A DNA stretch of 64,000 nucleotides from an uncultured virus (IMG/VR IMGVR_UViG_3300025390_000008) (Duplodnaviria; Heunggongvirae; Uroviricota; Caudoviricetes), in the IMG/VR virus record IMGVR_UViG_3300025390_000008. One strand, 5' to 3'. The position numbers and the translations under genes are program-made. The first letter of the stretch is position 1. Each line of letters starts with the position of its first letter. Below are positions 43,547 through 54,404 of this stretch, in pieces. Under the pieces are notes generated by a model, which saw nothing but the letters and a program-made list of their open reading frames with translations, was not told where the DNA came from and searched no databases.

Positions 43547-45856
43547 ATGTTTAAAGAAATGCTGAAACTTTTGATGCCCGACTTCAAATTCTATTTGGGT
43601 GGCGGCGGTGGCGGCAGTTCTTCTACGCCTTCTTCGATGCAGTCTACCTCCGGTGTGCTTGCTCCCTATGCGGCAACGACGGGTCAGAACCTATTGGGAA
43701 TGGCTGCTGGCCTGGTTGGTGTTCCATCCACCACCGGCGGCACCAGCAATGGTTTGACACCTTATCAGCCTTACACCGGCGGGCAAGCTGGTCCCAGCGG
43801 TCAGGTGGCAGGCTTTAGTAATCTGCAGAATCAATCCTTCAATGCTGCCGGTAACATGCAGGTAGCCCCTCAAATCGGCAATGCCAGCACGATGGCAGCC
43901 ACGGCAGGCATGAATGCGCTGAATGCCCAGTACGGCGGTCAGCAATACGGCAGTACATATCAGAACCAACCCGGATATAACCCTGGCCAGTACAGCATGA
44001 TGGTTGCTCAGGGGCCAAGCCTGCAGAACTATCAGATGCAGAACCCTGGTAATATTACCGGCGTTCAGGCTCAGTCTGCCCAAATGGGTAATGCGCCCCA
44101 AGCGTATGCTCAGAATGCCAATGCTACCAGCGTAAACGCCGCCCAAGGCCAAGCTGCTCAGGCTGGTGCTGCGCCTACCATTAACGCCGCAGGATTTAAT
44201 CAGCCTGGTAACGTTACCGCCCAGCAGATCAGCGCACTGAATCCCAACTACTTCCAGATGCAAGCTGCCCAAGGCGTGTCTGGGCCTAGCCTTCAGAACT
44301 ATCAAATGGGTCCCGCCTCGCAAGTGCAGGCTCAAGACTTTACGTCGCCCGGAACTGTTCAGCAGTTCATGAACCCCTATCTTCAGGCATCGTTGGCTCC
44401 GCAAGAGCAACTGCTTGCACAGCAACAGGGCCAACAACAGGCTGCAAACCAAGCGCGTCAGACCCAAGCCGGTGCCTTTGGTGGTAGCCGTGCCGCCGTG
44501 GAAGATGCCCTGCAGAACCAATCAAACCAGCTGGCCATGTCCAACCTGATTGGTCAAGGTTACAACACTGCCTACGGTCAGGCAGCTCAGCAGTTCAACG
44601 CCCAGCAACAGGCTAACCTGCAAGCACAGCAAGCCAACCAACAAGCTGGTCTTACCGTGGGTCAGCAGAACCTTGGAGCTAACTTACAGACTCAGAATCT
44701 GGGCGCTACGTTGGGCCAGCAAGCCGCTCTGGCAAACCAGTCAAACCAACAGCAAGCCAATTTGCAGAATCTGTCGGCTAACTTACAAACTCAAGGCTTA
44801 CAGGCTCAGACTGGTTTACAGGCTCAGCAGTCAAATCAATCGGCCAACATGCAAGCTGGTCTGGCAAATCAACAGATGGGCTACAACACTGGTCTGCAGA
44901 ATGCCCAGTTGGCTCAGCAAGCTGCTTTGGCTAACCAGTCTTTGGCTGGTCAGTACGGTTTGCAAAATGCGTCTATGGCTCAGCAAACTGGCATCGCTAA
45001 TCTGTCGAACCAACAGGCTGCCAACTTGGCTAACCAGCAATACGCCAACCAATTTGGCTTGGCTAATCAGGCTGCACAAAATCAGTTCTCTCTGGCCAAC
45101 CAAGCTCTGGCTGGTCAGTATGGTTTACAGCAAGGTCAGTTCAATCAAGCGGCCAACATGAACACCGCTGCCAACCAGCAGGCGGCTAACCTTGCCAATC
45201 AGCAAATGGGCTACAACGTTGGCAATACCAACTTGCAGGCTTTGCTCGGCGTTCAGAGCTTGGGATCCGGTCAGAACATGCAATCGCAGTTGGCCAACCA
45301 AAGCACCAATTTGGCAACGCAACAAGCACAGCAGGCGGCTAACCAGTTTGGCTATTCGCAACAAATGCAAAACGCTTTGAATGCTGCCAACTACGGTCAG
45401 CAAGCTAATGCGCTTAATGCCAACCAGCAGCAGTTTGGTGCCAACTATTACATGCAGGGTCAGCAAGCGGCCAATACGGCGGCAGCTAACTTGGGTAACT
45501 TGGGTAACACTCAGTATCAACAGCAGACTGGTATTGCTAACTTGCAGAACCAGTTGGGCGCTCAACAGCAACAGTACCAACAAAACTTGGATACTGCTGC
45601 TTACCAAAACTACCTCAACCAACAACAGTTGCCATATCAGCAGCTCAGCTTCTTGAACAGCATCATGAATGCTATGCCAACCAGTGGAAGCACTACCAGC
45701 ATCTACTCCAATCCTTCGCCCATTTCTATTGCGGCTGGTTTGGGTACAGCGGCTATTGGTGCTAGTAAACTTGGCGGCAAGAAGGGCGGCGGCGTAGTAG
45801 AGGGCGGTATGCGTAAGGGCGGCTTGGCTGCACTGGCTGTTTCCAAATTGCACTAA
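43547..45856 (+). CDS. Q/N-rich internal virion/ejection protein
   Basis: FMNPY, GAFGGSR, many ANQQA repeats. Confidence 0.7.
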   Translation: MFKEMLKLLMPDFKFYLGGGGGGSSSTPSSMQSTSGVLAPYAATTGQNLLGMAAGLVGVPSTTGGTSNGLTPYQPYTGGQAGPSGQVAGFSNLQNQSFNAAGNMQVAPQIGNASTMAATAGMNALNAQYGGQQYGSTYQNQPGYNPGQYSMMVAQGPSLQNYQMQNPGNITGVQAQSAQMGNAPQAYAQNANATSVNAAQGQAAQAGAAPTINAAGFNQPGNVTAQQISALNPNYFQMQAAQGVSGPSLQNYQMGPASQVQAQDFTSPGTVQQFMNPYLQASLAPQEQLLAQQQGQQQAANQARQTQAGAFGGSRAAVEDALQNQSNQLAMSNLIGQGYNTAYGQAAQQFNAQQQANLQAQQANQQAGLTVGQQNLGANLQTQNLGATLGQQAALANQSNQQQANLQNLSANLQTQGLQAQTGLQAQQSNQSANMQAGLANQQMGYNTGLQNAQLAQQAALANQSLAGQYGLQNASMAQQTGIANLSNQQAANLANQQYANQFGLANQAAQNQFSLANQALAGQYGLQQGQFNQAANMNTAANQQAANLANQQMGYNVGNTNLQALLGVQSLGSGQNMQSQLANQSTNLATQQAQQAANQFGYSQQMQNALNAANYGQQANALNANQQQFGANYYMQGQQAANTAAANLGNLGNTQYQQQTGIANLQNQLGAQQQQYQQNLDTAAYQNYLNQQQLPYQQLSFLNSIMNAMPTSGSTTSIYSNPSPISIAAGLGTAAIGASKLGGKKGGGVVEGGMRKGGLAALAVSKLH

Positions 45857-45865
45857 GGATTAAAC

Positions 45866-47704
45866 ATGGCGACTTCACCTAACGCGATGATGGGACAGGT
45901 GGCACCTGGTGCTCCGTCAAATTTATCTCCTTCTGTCATTGCTCAGCTGCAGCAGGAAATGATGGTTATGCCGCTGGACCAGCTTCAGCAGTATGCCCAA
46001 CAACACATGGACGACCCCGTCTACGGTCCTACGGTTGTATCGATGGCGTCGTATGTCGCCAACATGAAGAAGTCTGCCCAGGCTCCTCAAGTTAACGCTA
46101 CCCAGCCTACCGTGGCCCAACAGGCCGTGCAAAACATTGCTCCTCAACAAGCGCCTCAAGGTATGCCCATGCAGGCTCCTCAGGCGCGCCCTACCCAAGG
46201 ACCGGTAACGCCTGCCCTGCCGGAAGATCAGGGTATTGGTCAGCTGATGGCCAAGAACATTGAGAACATGGCTGGCGGCGGTATTGTTGGTTATGCGGGC
46301 GGTGGTCATGTTCCAAGCTATGCCGGAAGCACTGACGGTAGTTTGGTAACAGGGACGAGTACTGGAGATATCAACTCTCGGTTCTCCAACTTGGCCTCGC
46401 AGGTAAATCAAGCTCAGAATCAATTGGCGGGCGCTTATGCCTCTGGCGATCCTCAGTCCATATCCCTGTATCAATCTCGTCTAGCAGATCTGAAATCTCA
46501 ACTGAATAATCAGGCTGGTAATCAGGCGGACCTATTGCTTAGGCAGAATCCTCAACCAATGGGTGCAGCCATTCCTACTACGGCTCCTGCAACGGCGGCG
46601 GCTATGGCGGCTCCTCCTGGTGAAGCTAGTAATGCGTCGCCTACTACGCCTGCGCCAGCCCCTGCTGCTGCACCGGCAACACCCGGAGCAACTGGTAATA
46701 TTACCAGCGGCAACTCAGCAATGAGTCAAGGTTTGGGATCGTTTGTATCGCCCACCGGTAAGATGATTGCAGATGCCAAGAAAGCCTTGGGTGATGATGC
46801 TAATATGACTTTGAAAGATCACGTTGCTCAGGCCCAAGGTATGCTGCCTCAGGTATATAGCTCTGATGATGCTGATCTTGAGATCCAAGCACAGAAGTTT
46901 AGAGATGCTGTGGGCGGTGATCCTGCATTCAAGAAAGACCTTGACCGACTGGATAAGTTGGATAGCAAGTTGGAAAAGAACAAGCAAGATTCTGTTGGAA
47001 TCAATACCTTGTTGGCTGGCTTGAGCATGATCAGGTCTGGTAATCCTTGGGAGGCTATTGCACAAGGTGCGGGCACTGGTCTCAAGAGTTACAAAGATGA
47101 TATGGACAAGATTGACAAAGCCCAAGAAGAGCATGAAAAGATGCGTCAGAACTTGGATGTTGCGGCTATGGCTAACAACATGGGCTTTACCCGTATGGCT
47201 GCTGACAGCGTTAAGGAAGCCAAGTCGGCTCAGGTTCGCTCGGCTGAAGCTGCTTTGAGTGCGGGCTCTCATGCTTTTGATGCTGAGCAGCAACGCATGA
47301 CTACTTTGGCAGGCGAAAATATTCGCGGTCAGTATGGTCTGCAGCAAGCGGCAATTGGTGCTAATGCTCCGTCTCAAGAAATCAAAACCTTGTCGGCATT
47401 CGCAAGCAATCCGCAGTTGGCTGAGCAATACAAAAACTCGCCTCAGTATCAGGCCCAGTTGCGGAATGATATTGTGAGCGCCATGAATACTGCACAAAAG
47501 ACGCTTGGTGATTTGACTGCCAGCGAAGATGACCGCGCAGAGGCTCGCAAGAAGATTGTTGGCTACCAGAACCAGCTTCAAGCAATGTTCAATCAAAATG
47601 CACCATTACCGGCTGGCCTGCCGACTGGCGCAAAGTTTGTGGGCACCAGCGGTGGCAAGCGCGTATATGAATTGCCAAACGGTAAGCAAGTGGTTGAACA
47701 ATAA
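45866..47704 (+). CDS. internal virion/ejection protein
   Basis: 612 aa helical; MAGGGIVGY. Confidence 0.7.
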   Translation: MATSPNAMMGQVAPGAPSNLSPSVIAQLQQEMMVMPLDQLQQYAQQHMDDPVYGPTVVSMASYVANMKKSAQAPQVNATQPTVAQQAVQNIAPQQAPQGMPMQAPQARPTQGPVTPALPEDQGIGQLMAKNIENMAGGGIVGYAGGGHVPSYAGSTDGSLVTGTSTGDINSRFSNLASQVNQAQNQLAGAYASGDPQSISLYQSRLADLKSQLNNQAGNQADLLLRQNPQPMGAAIPTTAPATAAAMAAPPGEASNASPTTPAPAPAAAPATPGATGNITSGNSAMSQGLGSFVSPTGKMIADAKKALGDDANMTLKDHVAQAQGMLPQVYSSDDADLEIQAQKFRDAVGGDPAFKKDLDRLDKLDSKLEKNKQDSVGINTLLAGLSMIRSGNPWEAIAQGAGTGLKSYKDDMDKIDKAQEEHEKMRQNLDVAAMANNMGFTRMAADSVKEAKSAQVRSAEAALSAGSHAFDAEQQRMTTLAGENIRGQYGLQQAAIGANAPSQEIKTLSAFASNPQLAEQYKNSPQYQAQLRNDIVSAMNTAQKTLGDLTASEDDRAEARKKIVGYQNQLQAMFNQNAPLPAGLPTGAKFVGTSGGKRVYELPNGKQVVEQ

Positions 47705-47715
47705 AAGGATCGGTC

Positions 47716-50700
47716 ATGCCGTTTCAAGAATTTACGGGGCAGTTGGATGCGCCTTCGATGGCCCCCAAGTGGCAAGAGTTCAATGGAACCCTTGACGATT
47801 TAACTCCCAAGGCCGTCCCCAAACCGGAGGCTCCTAAGCCACAGGCTGGTTTGATGAGCGAGCTGGAGCGCGGCGGTCATGAGATCTACTCTAATCTCCG
47901 CACGGCGCTCACTGCCCCGTTCGTTGGCTCTGATGTAGCCGCTCGGGCCGGTGCAGAGCGTGCAGAGGAATACAACAAGACTGCCGCTCCCTCGGTGGAT
48001 GTGCTGGGCGATATCCAGAAAGCGTACCAAGAGAAGGGCATCCTAAGCTCTATTGGCGCTGGCTTAAAAGACCTGCCTGCTTTGGTGGGCCAGGTTGCTC
48101 CTACGGTGGCTGAGTATGGTGCTGCTGAAGCGCTGCTGCCCGTGGTTGGTCCTGCTGCTTTGTTCTTGGCTCAGCACTACGGTCAAAACGTCGCCCAGAC
48201 TGCGGCCACTCAGATGGCTCAAGGTCGTGATGTGGATGTGGATTCCCTGAAGGCGCTGGGTTATGCCGTGCCTCAGGCCGCTCTGGACGTGGCACATATT
48301 TCCATTCCTCTTGGTAAGCAAGTCATCGGCAAGATCTTTGGCAGAGGCGTAGAGGAAGCTGTTGAGAAGGGTGCGATGAGCGAGGCTGAGAAGCTGGCTC
48401 AAGAGCAGCTGGCCAAGAAGAGCTTTGGCGAATCCATTCAAGACGGCCTCAAGACTGGTTTGGTCAGCGGCGTGCCCATCATGGTAGCGCAGACAGCCTT
48501 GGAACGCGCATACAACGGCGATAAGCTGTTCGACGATGATGCCCTACACCAATACGGTAGCGCTGCTTTAAGTGGCGCTCTGATGGCTCCTATGGGCGTG
48601 CTCGGTGCTTTGTCCGAGAAGAGCCAAGCTGCCAAGGCTGTAGGCGAGCGTGATTCCGCTGCCGCCAAAGCTGCTGCTGAGGCCGCTGAAGCTGAGGCAA
48701 ACAAGCCTGAGAATCTGCTCAAACTGCACGAAGATTTCCAGAATGCCAAGGCGGAGCAGGCTGATCTGCGTAACCAGATTCCAAGCAAGCCTAAGAAGGA
48801 TGCGCCCGAGGAAGAGGTCCAGGCTTACAACGATGCCAAGACTGCTGCCGATCAGCATTTGAACGACGTTCTCAAGCCGTTGAAGTTGGAATTTGACCAG
48901 CGCAAAGATGCCATCATGCCGGTGGTATTGGCCGACCAAACGGCCAAGATCAATGCTGCGGCTCAAGCCCAGTCGGCTATGGAGACGGCTATCCCTCAAG
49001 AGACGGCTGCTGCTCCTATTAACAATGCCCCTCCGATTACACGCGCTACCTTGCCCGGTCGGGACATGGCCGCTCAGCTCACTGGTAACGTTGGCTTCAA
49101 TCAGAACCTGTTGCAGGCTGGCCGTGAAGGCGCAGAACAGCGTGATGTTGCCACCCAGAATGCCATGCGCGTTGCTGCTGATAAACGTGCCAACCAGATC
49201 CTGAGCACGACGTTCAGCAACGACCCTGCCATGAATATCATGAAGCAGACCTCGGCCCTGAAACAGATGGGCTATGAGGCCGTGCCGGACAAGAAGGGTA
49301 ACCTGGTAGCCAAGCCTATCGCTGAGCCCGCACCAGTTGAGGCGCCAGCACCAACTGCTCCGCTGCAAGCCAACCCTGAGACCATGCGTGCAAACTTGGA
49401 AGCACCTGCTGGCCAAGCCAATGCCGCCTTCATGCAAGCTGCCAGAGAGGCGCGTGAGGCTACTGCCAAACGTGATGCTGCCGCTCAGAAGGCGCAGGAG
49501 CAGGCTAAGCAAGCTCAGGCTAACCAAGTCCTGTCCACCACGTTTAGTCCCGATCCATCTATCAATGCGCTGCGTCAGAACGCCGCCTTGAAACAGTTGG
49601 GTTATGAGTCTGTGCTGGATAAAAACGGCAAGCAAGTTGCTCGTCCAGTGGTAACGTTACCACCTGAGCTCGCTCCTGAGCCCGCACCAGCCCCTGCTCC
49701 GTCGCCCGTTGGTAATGCTGACGCCTTGCGCGCACGTCTGGCCACTGCTGGTAACGAAGCCAACCAGAATATGCTGCAGGCTGCCCGCGATCGACTGGCC
49801 GCCCTTGAGAAACAGAAGGCTGCCGACACTACCGCCCAAGCTCAGAACATTGTCAAGAGCACGATGAGCGCTGATCCGGCGATCGATATTGCCCGTAAGA
49901 AGAGCGCCCTGGCTGAGATTGGCCATGAGTTGGTTCAAGATCCGAAGACCGGCGAGATTACAGCGCAACCCATCAAGGAAGCTGCTCCCGAGATGTCAGA
50001 CGTTCGTAAGAATGTTTTGAGCCGTCAGTACGACGAAGAGTTCAAGAGCCTTTTCCCTGATCATGAGCCTGAGCATTTGGAACAGTTCCGCTCCATGCCT
50101 GCTGAGTCCAAGGATGCCTTCTTGCAGTTATTCTCTGATGCCAAAGAGCGTCAGACCATAGAGAATCCTTCGTTTGACGAGTTGGCATCTAAGCAGACTA
50201 AACCTGTCGCTGGGCCAAAGAACGTTCCCGAGAATCCTGATGTTGTTGAATCATCCAAAGAAAGCAAACAGCTGACTGCCGATATCAACAAGCTGAAGAA
50301 CAGCAAAGACAACTTAAAGAACGCGCTGAAGGGTTCGTTGAATGCCAATGACGCTACCGATGTAAGCCCTGAGAAAGATTTCCTGCGTTACTTTGCCAGC
50401 AAAGACGGTCGAGGCCGGTCTATTTCCGAATTGGTTTCAGACAAAACGTTGGATCGTTTCTTGCCAGAAAATATGCGCCCAGGCTCTGATGACTTTGACG
50501 CTCAGGTCTCGGAGGAGTACATCAAGCAAAAGCTGCGTGATGAGGACTACGCAACCCCTGAGGATGCACAAGAGATCAGCAGGTTGAGCGATCAGAAGTG
50601 GGAGCTGGAAAGCTATCTCGAAGAGCAAGAGCGTGCCAAGAAGGCCAACGAATCTGTAGCTGGAATTTCTACCGAAGTAACGCCTGAGGGTTTACCCGTA

Positions 50701-53700
50701 CGTACAGATAATCTGTACCGTGTGCAGGGCGAGGCCAAGGGCGTGCCGGTTAACTTGGTACAAAGACTGGTTAACCAGATCAGAGAAGGCTGGGCGAATG
50801 CCCCTGAGATACAAGTTCACGCCGATGAATCTACTTTGCCTGATCACATTCGTGCCCAAGCTGAGCGCGATAAGGTGACTGGCCAGATCCCTGGTGTCTA
50901 CGATCCCAACTCCAAGATTGTTCACATCGTCAGCAGTAACTTGGCAGATGTTAAAGATCTGTTTGCCACTGTGGCCCACGAAGCAGCAGGCCACTTTGGT
51001 TTGCGCGAGATGCTGGGTGACCAGTATGGCCGCACGATGGACAAGATCTACGAAGGCAACAAGGCCGTTCGTGAAGCTGCTGATGAGAAGCTGAAGGGCT
51101 CTAACCTGTCGCGTCAGGTGGCCACAGAAGAAGTCTTGGCGGAAATGGCTGAGAGCGAGAAGACCTCGACACCGGCTGAGCGCAGTGCCCTGAAGCAGAT
51201 CTATGACACCATTCGTCGCTGGGTCTACGACAAGTTTGGTATTGGCGGGATGACCGACAATGACGTTAAGCAGATCGTTGCTAATGCCCGCAAGTTTGTG
51301 GTCGAGGGCGGTGAGAAGGGCGCTGGTAATATTACCAGTGAAGCCGTTTACCGTACCAAGTACAACCCTGGCTTCGAGAAGGCTGCTGACCTGACCAAGA
51401 AAGTCTTGTCGTCTGAGCGCCCATTCATGGAGCAGTTTAATAAGACTGCCTTTGGCCGTGCGTCGCTTGGCTGGATCCAGAAAGTCCAAGATCAATACCG
51501 TCCTTTCCTGAAGCTTACGCAACTCAAGGATGCCAATGGCCAACGGTTGATCGGCGACTCGGCTGGTAACCAGATGATGTCTGACCTGCGGTTCTATCAG
51601 CAGCGTCTGAACTTCTTGGGTGCCGTCATCCAGAACGGTGCCTTGACATTCAAGAAAGGCGTCGTGGATGGCGCTAAGCGTTCGCTCTACGAGACCGATG
51701 GCAAGGAAAGCCTGAAGCAGGTCTTTACTGAATTGCGCCCTGCAGACAAGATTACCGGCAGCCGTGAAGCTACCAATGCCTTGTATTCGCTGTGGGCTAT
51801 TGCCGAGCGGGTGCGTAAGGGCGGCGCTACGCTGGAGCAGTTGAACTTTGACCCGAACATCGTCAATGCCAAGTCGCTCAAGGCGGCGATGGATGAGATT
51901 AAACAGCATCCTGAGCTGATCAAGACGTTCGAGAGGGCCAACGAAACCTATCAGAATTTCAACTCCAACATGATGAAGTTCGCGGTGGATGCTGGTGCTA
52001 TTCCCAAGGCTACTGCCGACAAGCTGTTGTCGCGTCGGGACTACGTTCCTTACTACCGCGAAGAGCCTGATGGAACTATTTCCATGATGTCCAATGGTGA
52101 GTCGATCTTTAAGGTTGGCAACATCAAGACCCAGCCTGAGTTGAAAGCTCTGATTGGCGGCGACCAGCGGATCTTGGACTTTGCTGAGAGCTCTGTGCGT
52201 AATGCCAACATGCTGCTAAGCATGGGTATGCGTAACCAGGCGGTTAAGAATTCTATGTTTGAGCTGCAGAAGATCGGCTTAGTCGATATCCGCGACAAGG
52301 CTCCGAAGAACATGGAAAAGGCCGTGGAGTTCAAAGTCCAAGGCAAGAGCAAGTATGCCGTCTTTGACGACGCCGCTACTGAGAAGCTGAACATTCCTAC
52401 CCAGTTATTCATCAAGGGCTTGGAAGGTGTTCCAACACAGATGAGCACATGGCTCAAGGTGATGAGCATTCCCAGTACCGTCCTGAAAGAAATGTTCGTT
52501 GCCAACCCCATCTCGGCAGCGCGTATCGTTTTCAAGGATACGATGTCTTCTGCCCTGGTGGCGGGCTCTGACTTTGGCAAGATCGTTGATTCCTTGCAGA
52601 GCGTTAAAGACGGTTTGATGGTCAAGCGTGGCCTGTCGGGCGGTCAGTTGTTCACTGGCCAACCAGAAGAGATTGCCCGTGTGCTGCGTCAGGCTCAAGC
52701 CGGTGGTGTTAACGCTTCCAGCGCCTTGGCTATGGCCCATGCCTTGCACGCTCAAGCCGATGCTGCGACCCGCCAGATTCGCTATGACAGCTACCTGCAT
52801 CAAGGTCTGAATGAGTTTGACGCCAACCTGATGGCGCTGGAGTCGATGAACTTTACCAAGCGTGGTTTGTCTCCCAGCATCCATATCTTGAATGCGCTGA
52901 ACCCGTTCATTAACTCTCAGATCCAAGGCGTCAATACGTTGATCGCAGCCATTCGTGGCGAGATGCCTATGCAAGAGCAGCTGCGTATTAAGCAGAAGAT
53001 CCTTGCTCGCGGTGCGATGATTGCTGGCGCGACAATGCTTTACTCTGCGCTTATGCAGGACAACAAGCACTACCGTGACGCCATGCCGGACCAGAAGTAT
53101 TCCAACTGGTACATGCCCTTCCCAGGCTTGGAAGAGCCGGTAAAGATTCCAATTCCGTTTGAAGCCGGTATGCTGTTCAAGTCGGTGCCTGAGGCGATGG
53201 TCGAGCTGTTCATGAAGCACGACAAGTCGGCGATCGACGGCCTGAAGATGACGGCCATGCGGATGATCCCCGGCCTTGAGACTTCTGCTGTGGCTCAAGC
53301 TGTTCGCCCTGGCTTGGAGGCTTACACCAATACATCCTTGCAGACTGGTGAGACGATCCAGAGCGAACGTGAGTTGAAGATGCTTCCCGGCGAACGTATC
53401 CGTCCTGGCACTTCTGGCATTGCTCAGGAGATTGGTGGCGCTTTGAATCTGTCACCCGTCATGATCGATCACGTCATTGGTGGATACACCAGCTCGATGG
53501 GCATGGCTCTGATGCACATTACTGATGGCATCGTTGGCTCCAAGATGCAGGGCGCTCCGGTGGCCAGCGACTTGTCTCAGACGCCTGTGATTGGTTCGCT
53601 GTTCGCTCGGGACGGCGGGGCTATTTTGCAGGAAGCTATGGGCAAGTTCCATGACTTGGAAGAAGTGAAGAACACTTTCACGTCTTTGAAGAATGCTGGC

Positions 53701-53922
53701 CAGACTGATCGGGCGATGGCTTTCTTGCGTCAACACCAAGAAGAGTATGCCAAGGCTGCGATGGCCACGTCTGCCCAGAAGCAGATTGGTCAGTTCACCA
53801 AGCAGATTGAAATGGTTGTGGCCAACAAAGACATGACCGGAGAAGAGAAGAAGCGACGCATAGACCAGATTAAGGAACAGCGCCGCGACTTTGCTGAAAA
53901 GATGTTGGCTCGGGTGAGCTAA
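47716..53922 (+). CDS. large polyvalent (ejected) protein with zincin-like motif and LPD38-like C-terminus
   Basis: 2068 aa; GVYDP..TVAHEAAGHFGLR..ATEEVLA; DYVPYYR; VKIPIPFEAG. Confidence 0.75.
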   Translation: MPFQEFTGQLDAPSMAPKWQEFNGTLDDLTPKAVPKPEAPKPQAGLMSELERGGHEIYSNLRTALTAPFVGSDVAARAGAERAEEYNKTAAPSVDVLGDIQKAYQEKGILSSIGAGLKDLPALVGQVAPTVAEYGAAEALLPVVGPAALFLAQHYGQNVAQTAATQMAQGRDVDVDSLKALGYAVPQAALDVAHISIPLGKQVIGKIFGRGVEEAVEKGAMSEAEKLAQEQLAKKSFGESIQDGLKTGLVSGVPIMVAQTALERAYNGDKLFDDDALHQYGSAALSGALMAPMGVLGALSEKSQAAKAVGERDSAAAKAAAEAAEAEANKPENLLKLHEDFQNAKAEQADLRNQIPSKPKKDAPEEEVQAYNDAKTAADQHLNDVLKPLKLEFDQRKDAIMPVVLADQTAKINAAAQAQSAMETAIPQETAAAPINNAPPITRATLPGRDMAAQLTGNVGFNQNLLQAGREGAEQRDVATQNAMRVAADKRANQILSTTFSNDPAMNIMKQTSALKQMGYEAVPDKKGNLVAKPIAEPAPVEAPAPTAPLQANPETMRANLEAPAGQANAAFMQAAREAREATAKRDAAAQKAQEQAKQAQANQVLSTTFSPDPSINALRQNAALKQLGYESVLDKNGKQVARPVVTLPPELAPEPAPAPAPSPVGNADALRARLATAGNEANQNMLQAARDRLAALEKQKAADTTAQAQNIVKSTMSADPAIDIARKKSALAEIGHELVQDPKTGEITAQPIKEAAPEMSDVRKNVLSRQYDEEFKSLFPDHEPEHLEQFRSMPAESKDAFLQLFSDAKERQTIENPSFDELASKQTKPVAGPKNVPENPDVVESSKESKQLTADINKLKNSKDNLKNALKGSLNANDATDVSPEKDFLRYFASKDGRGRSISELVSDKTLDRFLPENMRPGSDDFDAQVSEEYIKQKLRDEDYATPEDAQEISRLSDQKWELESYLEEQERAKKANESVAGISTEVTPEGLPVRTDNLYRVQGEAKGVPVNLVQRLVNQIREGWANAPEIQVHADESTLPDHIRAQAERDKVTGQIPGVYDPNSKIVHIVSSNLADVKDLFATVAHEAAGHFGLREMLGDQYGRTMDKIYEGNKAVREAADEKLKGSNLSRQVATEEVLAEMAESEKTSTPAERSALKQIYDTIRRWVYDKFGIGGMTDNDVKQIVANARKFVVEGGEKGAGNITSEAVYRTKYNPGFEKAADLTKKVLSSERPFMEQFNKTAFGRASLGWIQKVQDQYRPFLKLTQLKDANGQRLIGDSAGNQMMSDLRFYQQRLNFLGAVIQNGALTFKKGVVDGAKRSLYETDGKESLKQVFTELRPADKITGSREATNALYSLWAIAERVRKGGATLEQLNFDPNIVNAKSLKAAMDEIKQHPELIKTFERANETYQNFNSNMMKFAVDAGAIPKATADKLLSRRDYVPYYREEPDGTISMMSNGESIFKVGNIKTQPELKALIGGDQRILDFAESSVRNANMLLSMGMRNQAVKNSMFELQKIGLVDIRDKAPKNMEKAVEFKVQGKSKYAVFDDAATEKLNIPTQLFIKGLEGVPTQMSTWLKVMSIPSTVLKEMFVANPISAARIVFKDTMSSALVAGSDFGKIVDSLQSVKDGLMVKRGLSGGQLFTGQPEEIARVLRQAQAGGVNASSALAMAHALHAQADAATRQIRYDSYLHQGLNEFDANLMALESMNFTKRGLSPSIHILNALNPFINSQIQGVNTLIAAIRGEMPMQEQLRIKQKILARGAMIAGATMLYSALMQDNKHYRDAMPDQKYSNWYMPFPGLEEPVKIPIPFEAGMLFKSVPEAMVELFMKHDKSAIDGLKMTAMRMIPGLETSAVAQAVRPGLEAYTNTSLQTGETIQSERELKMLPGERIRPGTSGIAQEIGGALNLSPVMIDHVIGGYTSSMGMALMHITDGIVGSKMQGAPVASDLSQTPVIGSLFARDGGAILQEAMGKFHDLEEVKNTFTSLKNAGQTDRAMAFLRQHQEEYAKAAMATSAQKQIGQFTKQIEMVVANKDMTGEEKKRRIDQIKEQRRDFAEKMLARVS

Positions 53923-53931
53923 CTGGAATTA

Positions 53932-54213
53932 TTACCACTCAGCGGATTCTGGATAGTTTTCCATGAGCCGCTGGATGGTAACGTTTAGGGCGTCGAGCTC
54001 ATCCATTTTGGCGATGATCCATGCCCGCTTCTCGCCGTGGATACCCATCTTAGGTCCTTGGTGGCAGTCGTAACAGAGGGCGATGCACGTGTACTGACTG
54101 CGCTGCCGGAAGTGGTGGGCGGCGCTGGGTCCAGGTGCATTGCATACTGAGCACGGGAGAAGCTTCACCCTTTTGAGATGACGCCTCTCCTTTGCGCTTA
54201 GCTTGTTATTCAC
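53932..54213 (-). CDS. Ref/DUF968-like HNH-fold Zn protein
   Basis: LPCSVC..AHH..IALCYDCHQG..GIHG. Confidence 0.7.
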   Translation of the reverse strand: MNNKLSAKERRHLKRVKLLPCSVCNAPGPSAAHHFRQRSQYTCIALCYDCHQGPKMGIHGEKRAWIIAKMDELDALNVTIQRLMENYPESAEW

Positions 54214-54404
54214 TTAATCCGTTCCTCAAGGCACGCTCTGGCCGTCTCATAGGCGCGGATAGCTTTCCCTTTTGAGGTGTAGCTATCGTCGTAGCCCATG
54301 AGGGCGAACGCTGCGAAGAAGTCCAGCAGTGTCATTTCCTCGATGCTGGGGACCGGCGGTGGTGCCGCCAGTGCCTCAAGGCCTTCAAGCTTTGGCTTGC
54401 TCAT
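54210..54404 (-). CDS. small protein (MTLLDFFAAFAL)
   Basis: related in pattern to 979-1194. Confidence 0.65.
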   Translation of the reverse strand: MSKPKLEGLEALAAPPPVPSIEEMTLLDFFAAFALMGYDDSYTSKGKAIRAYETARACLEERIK

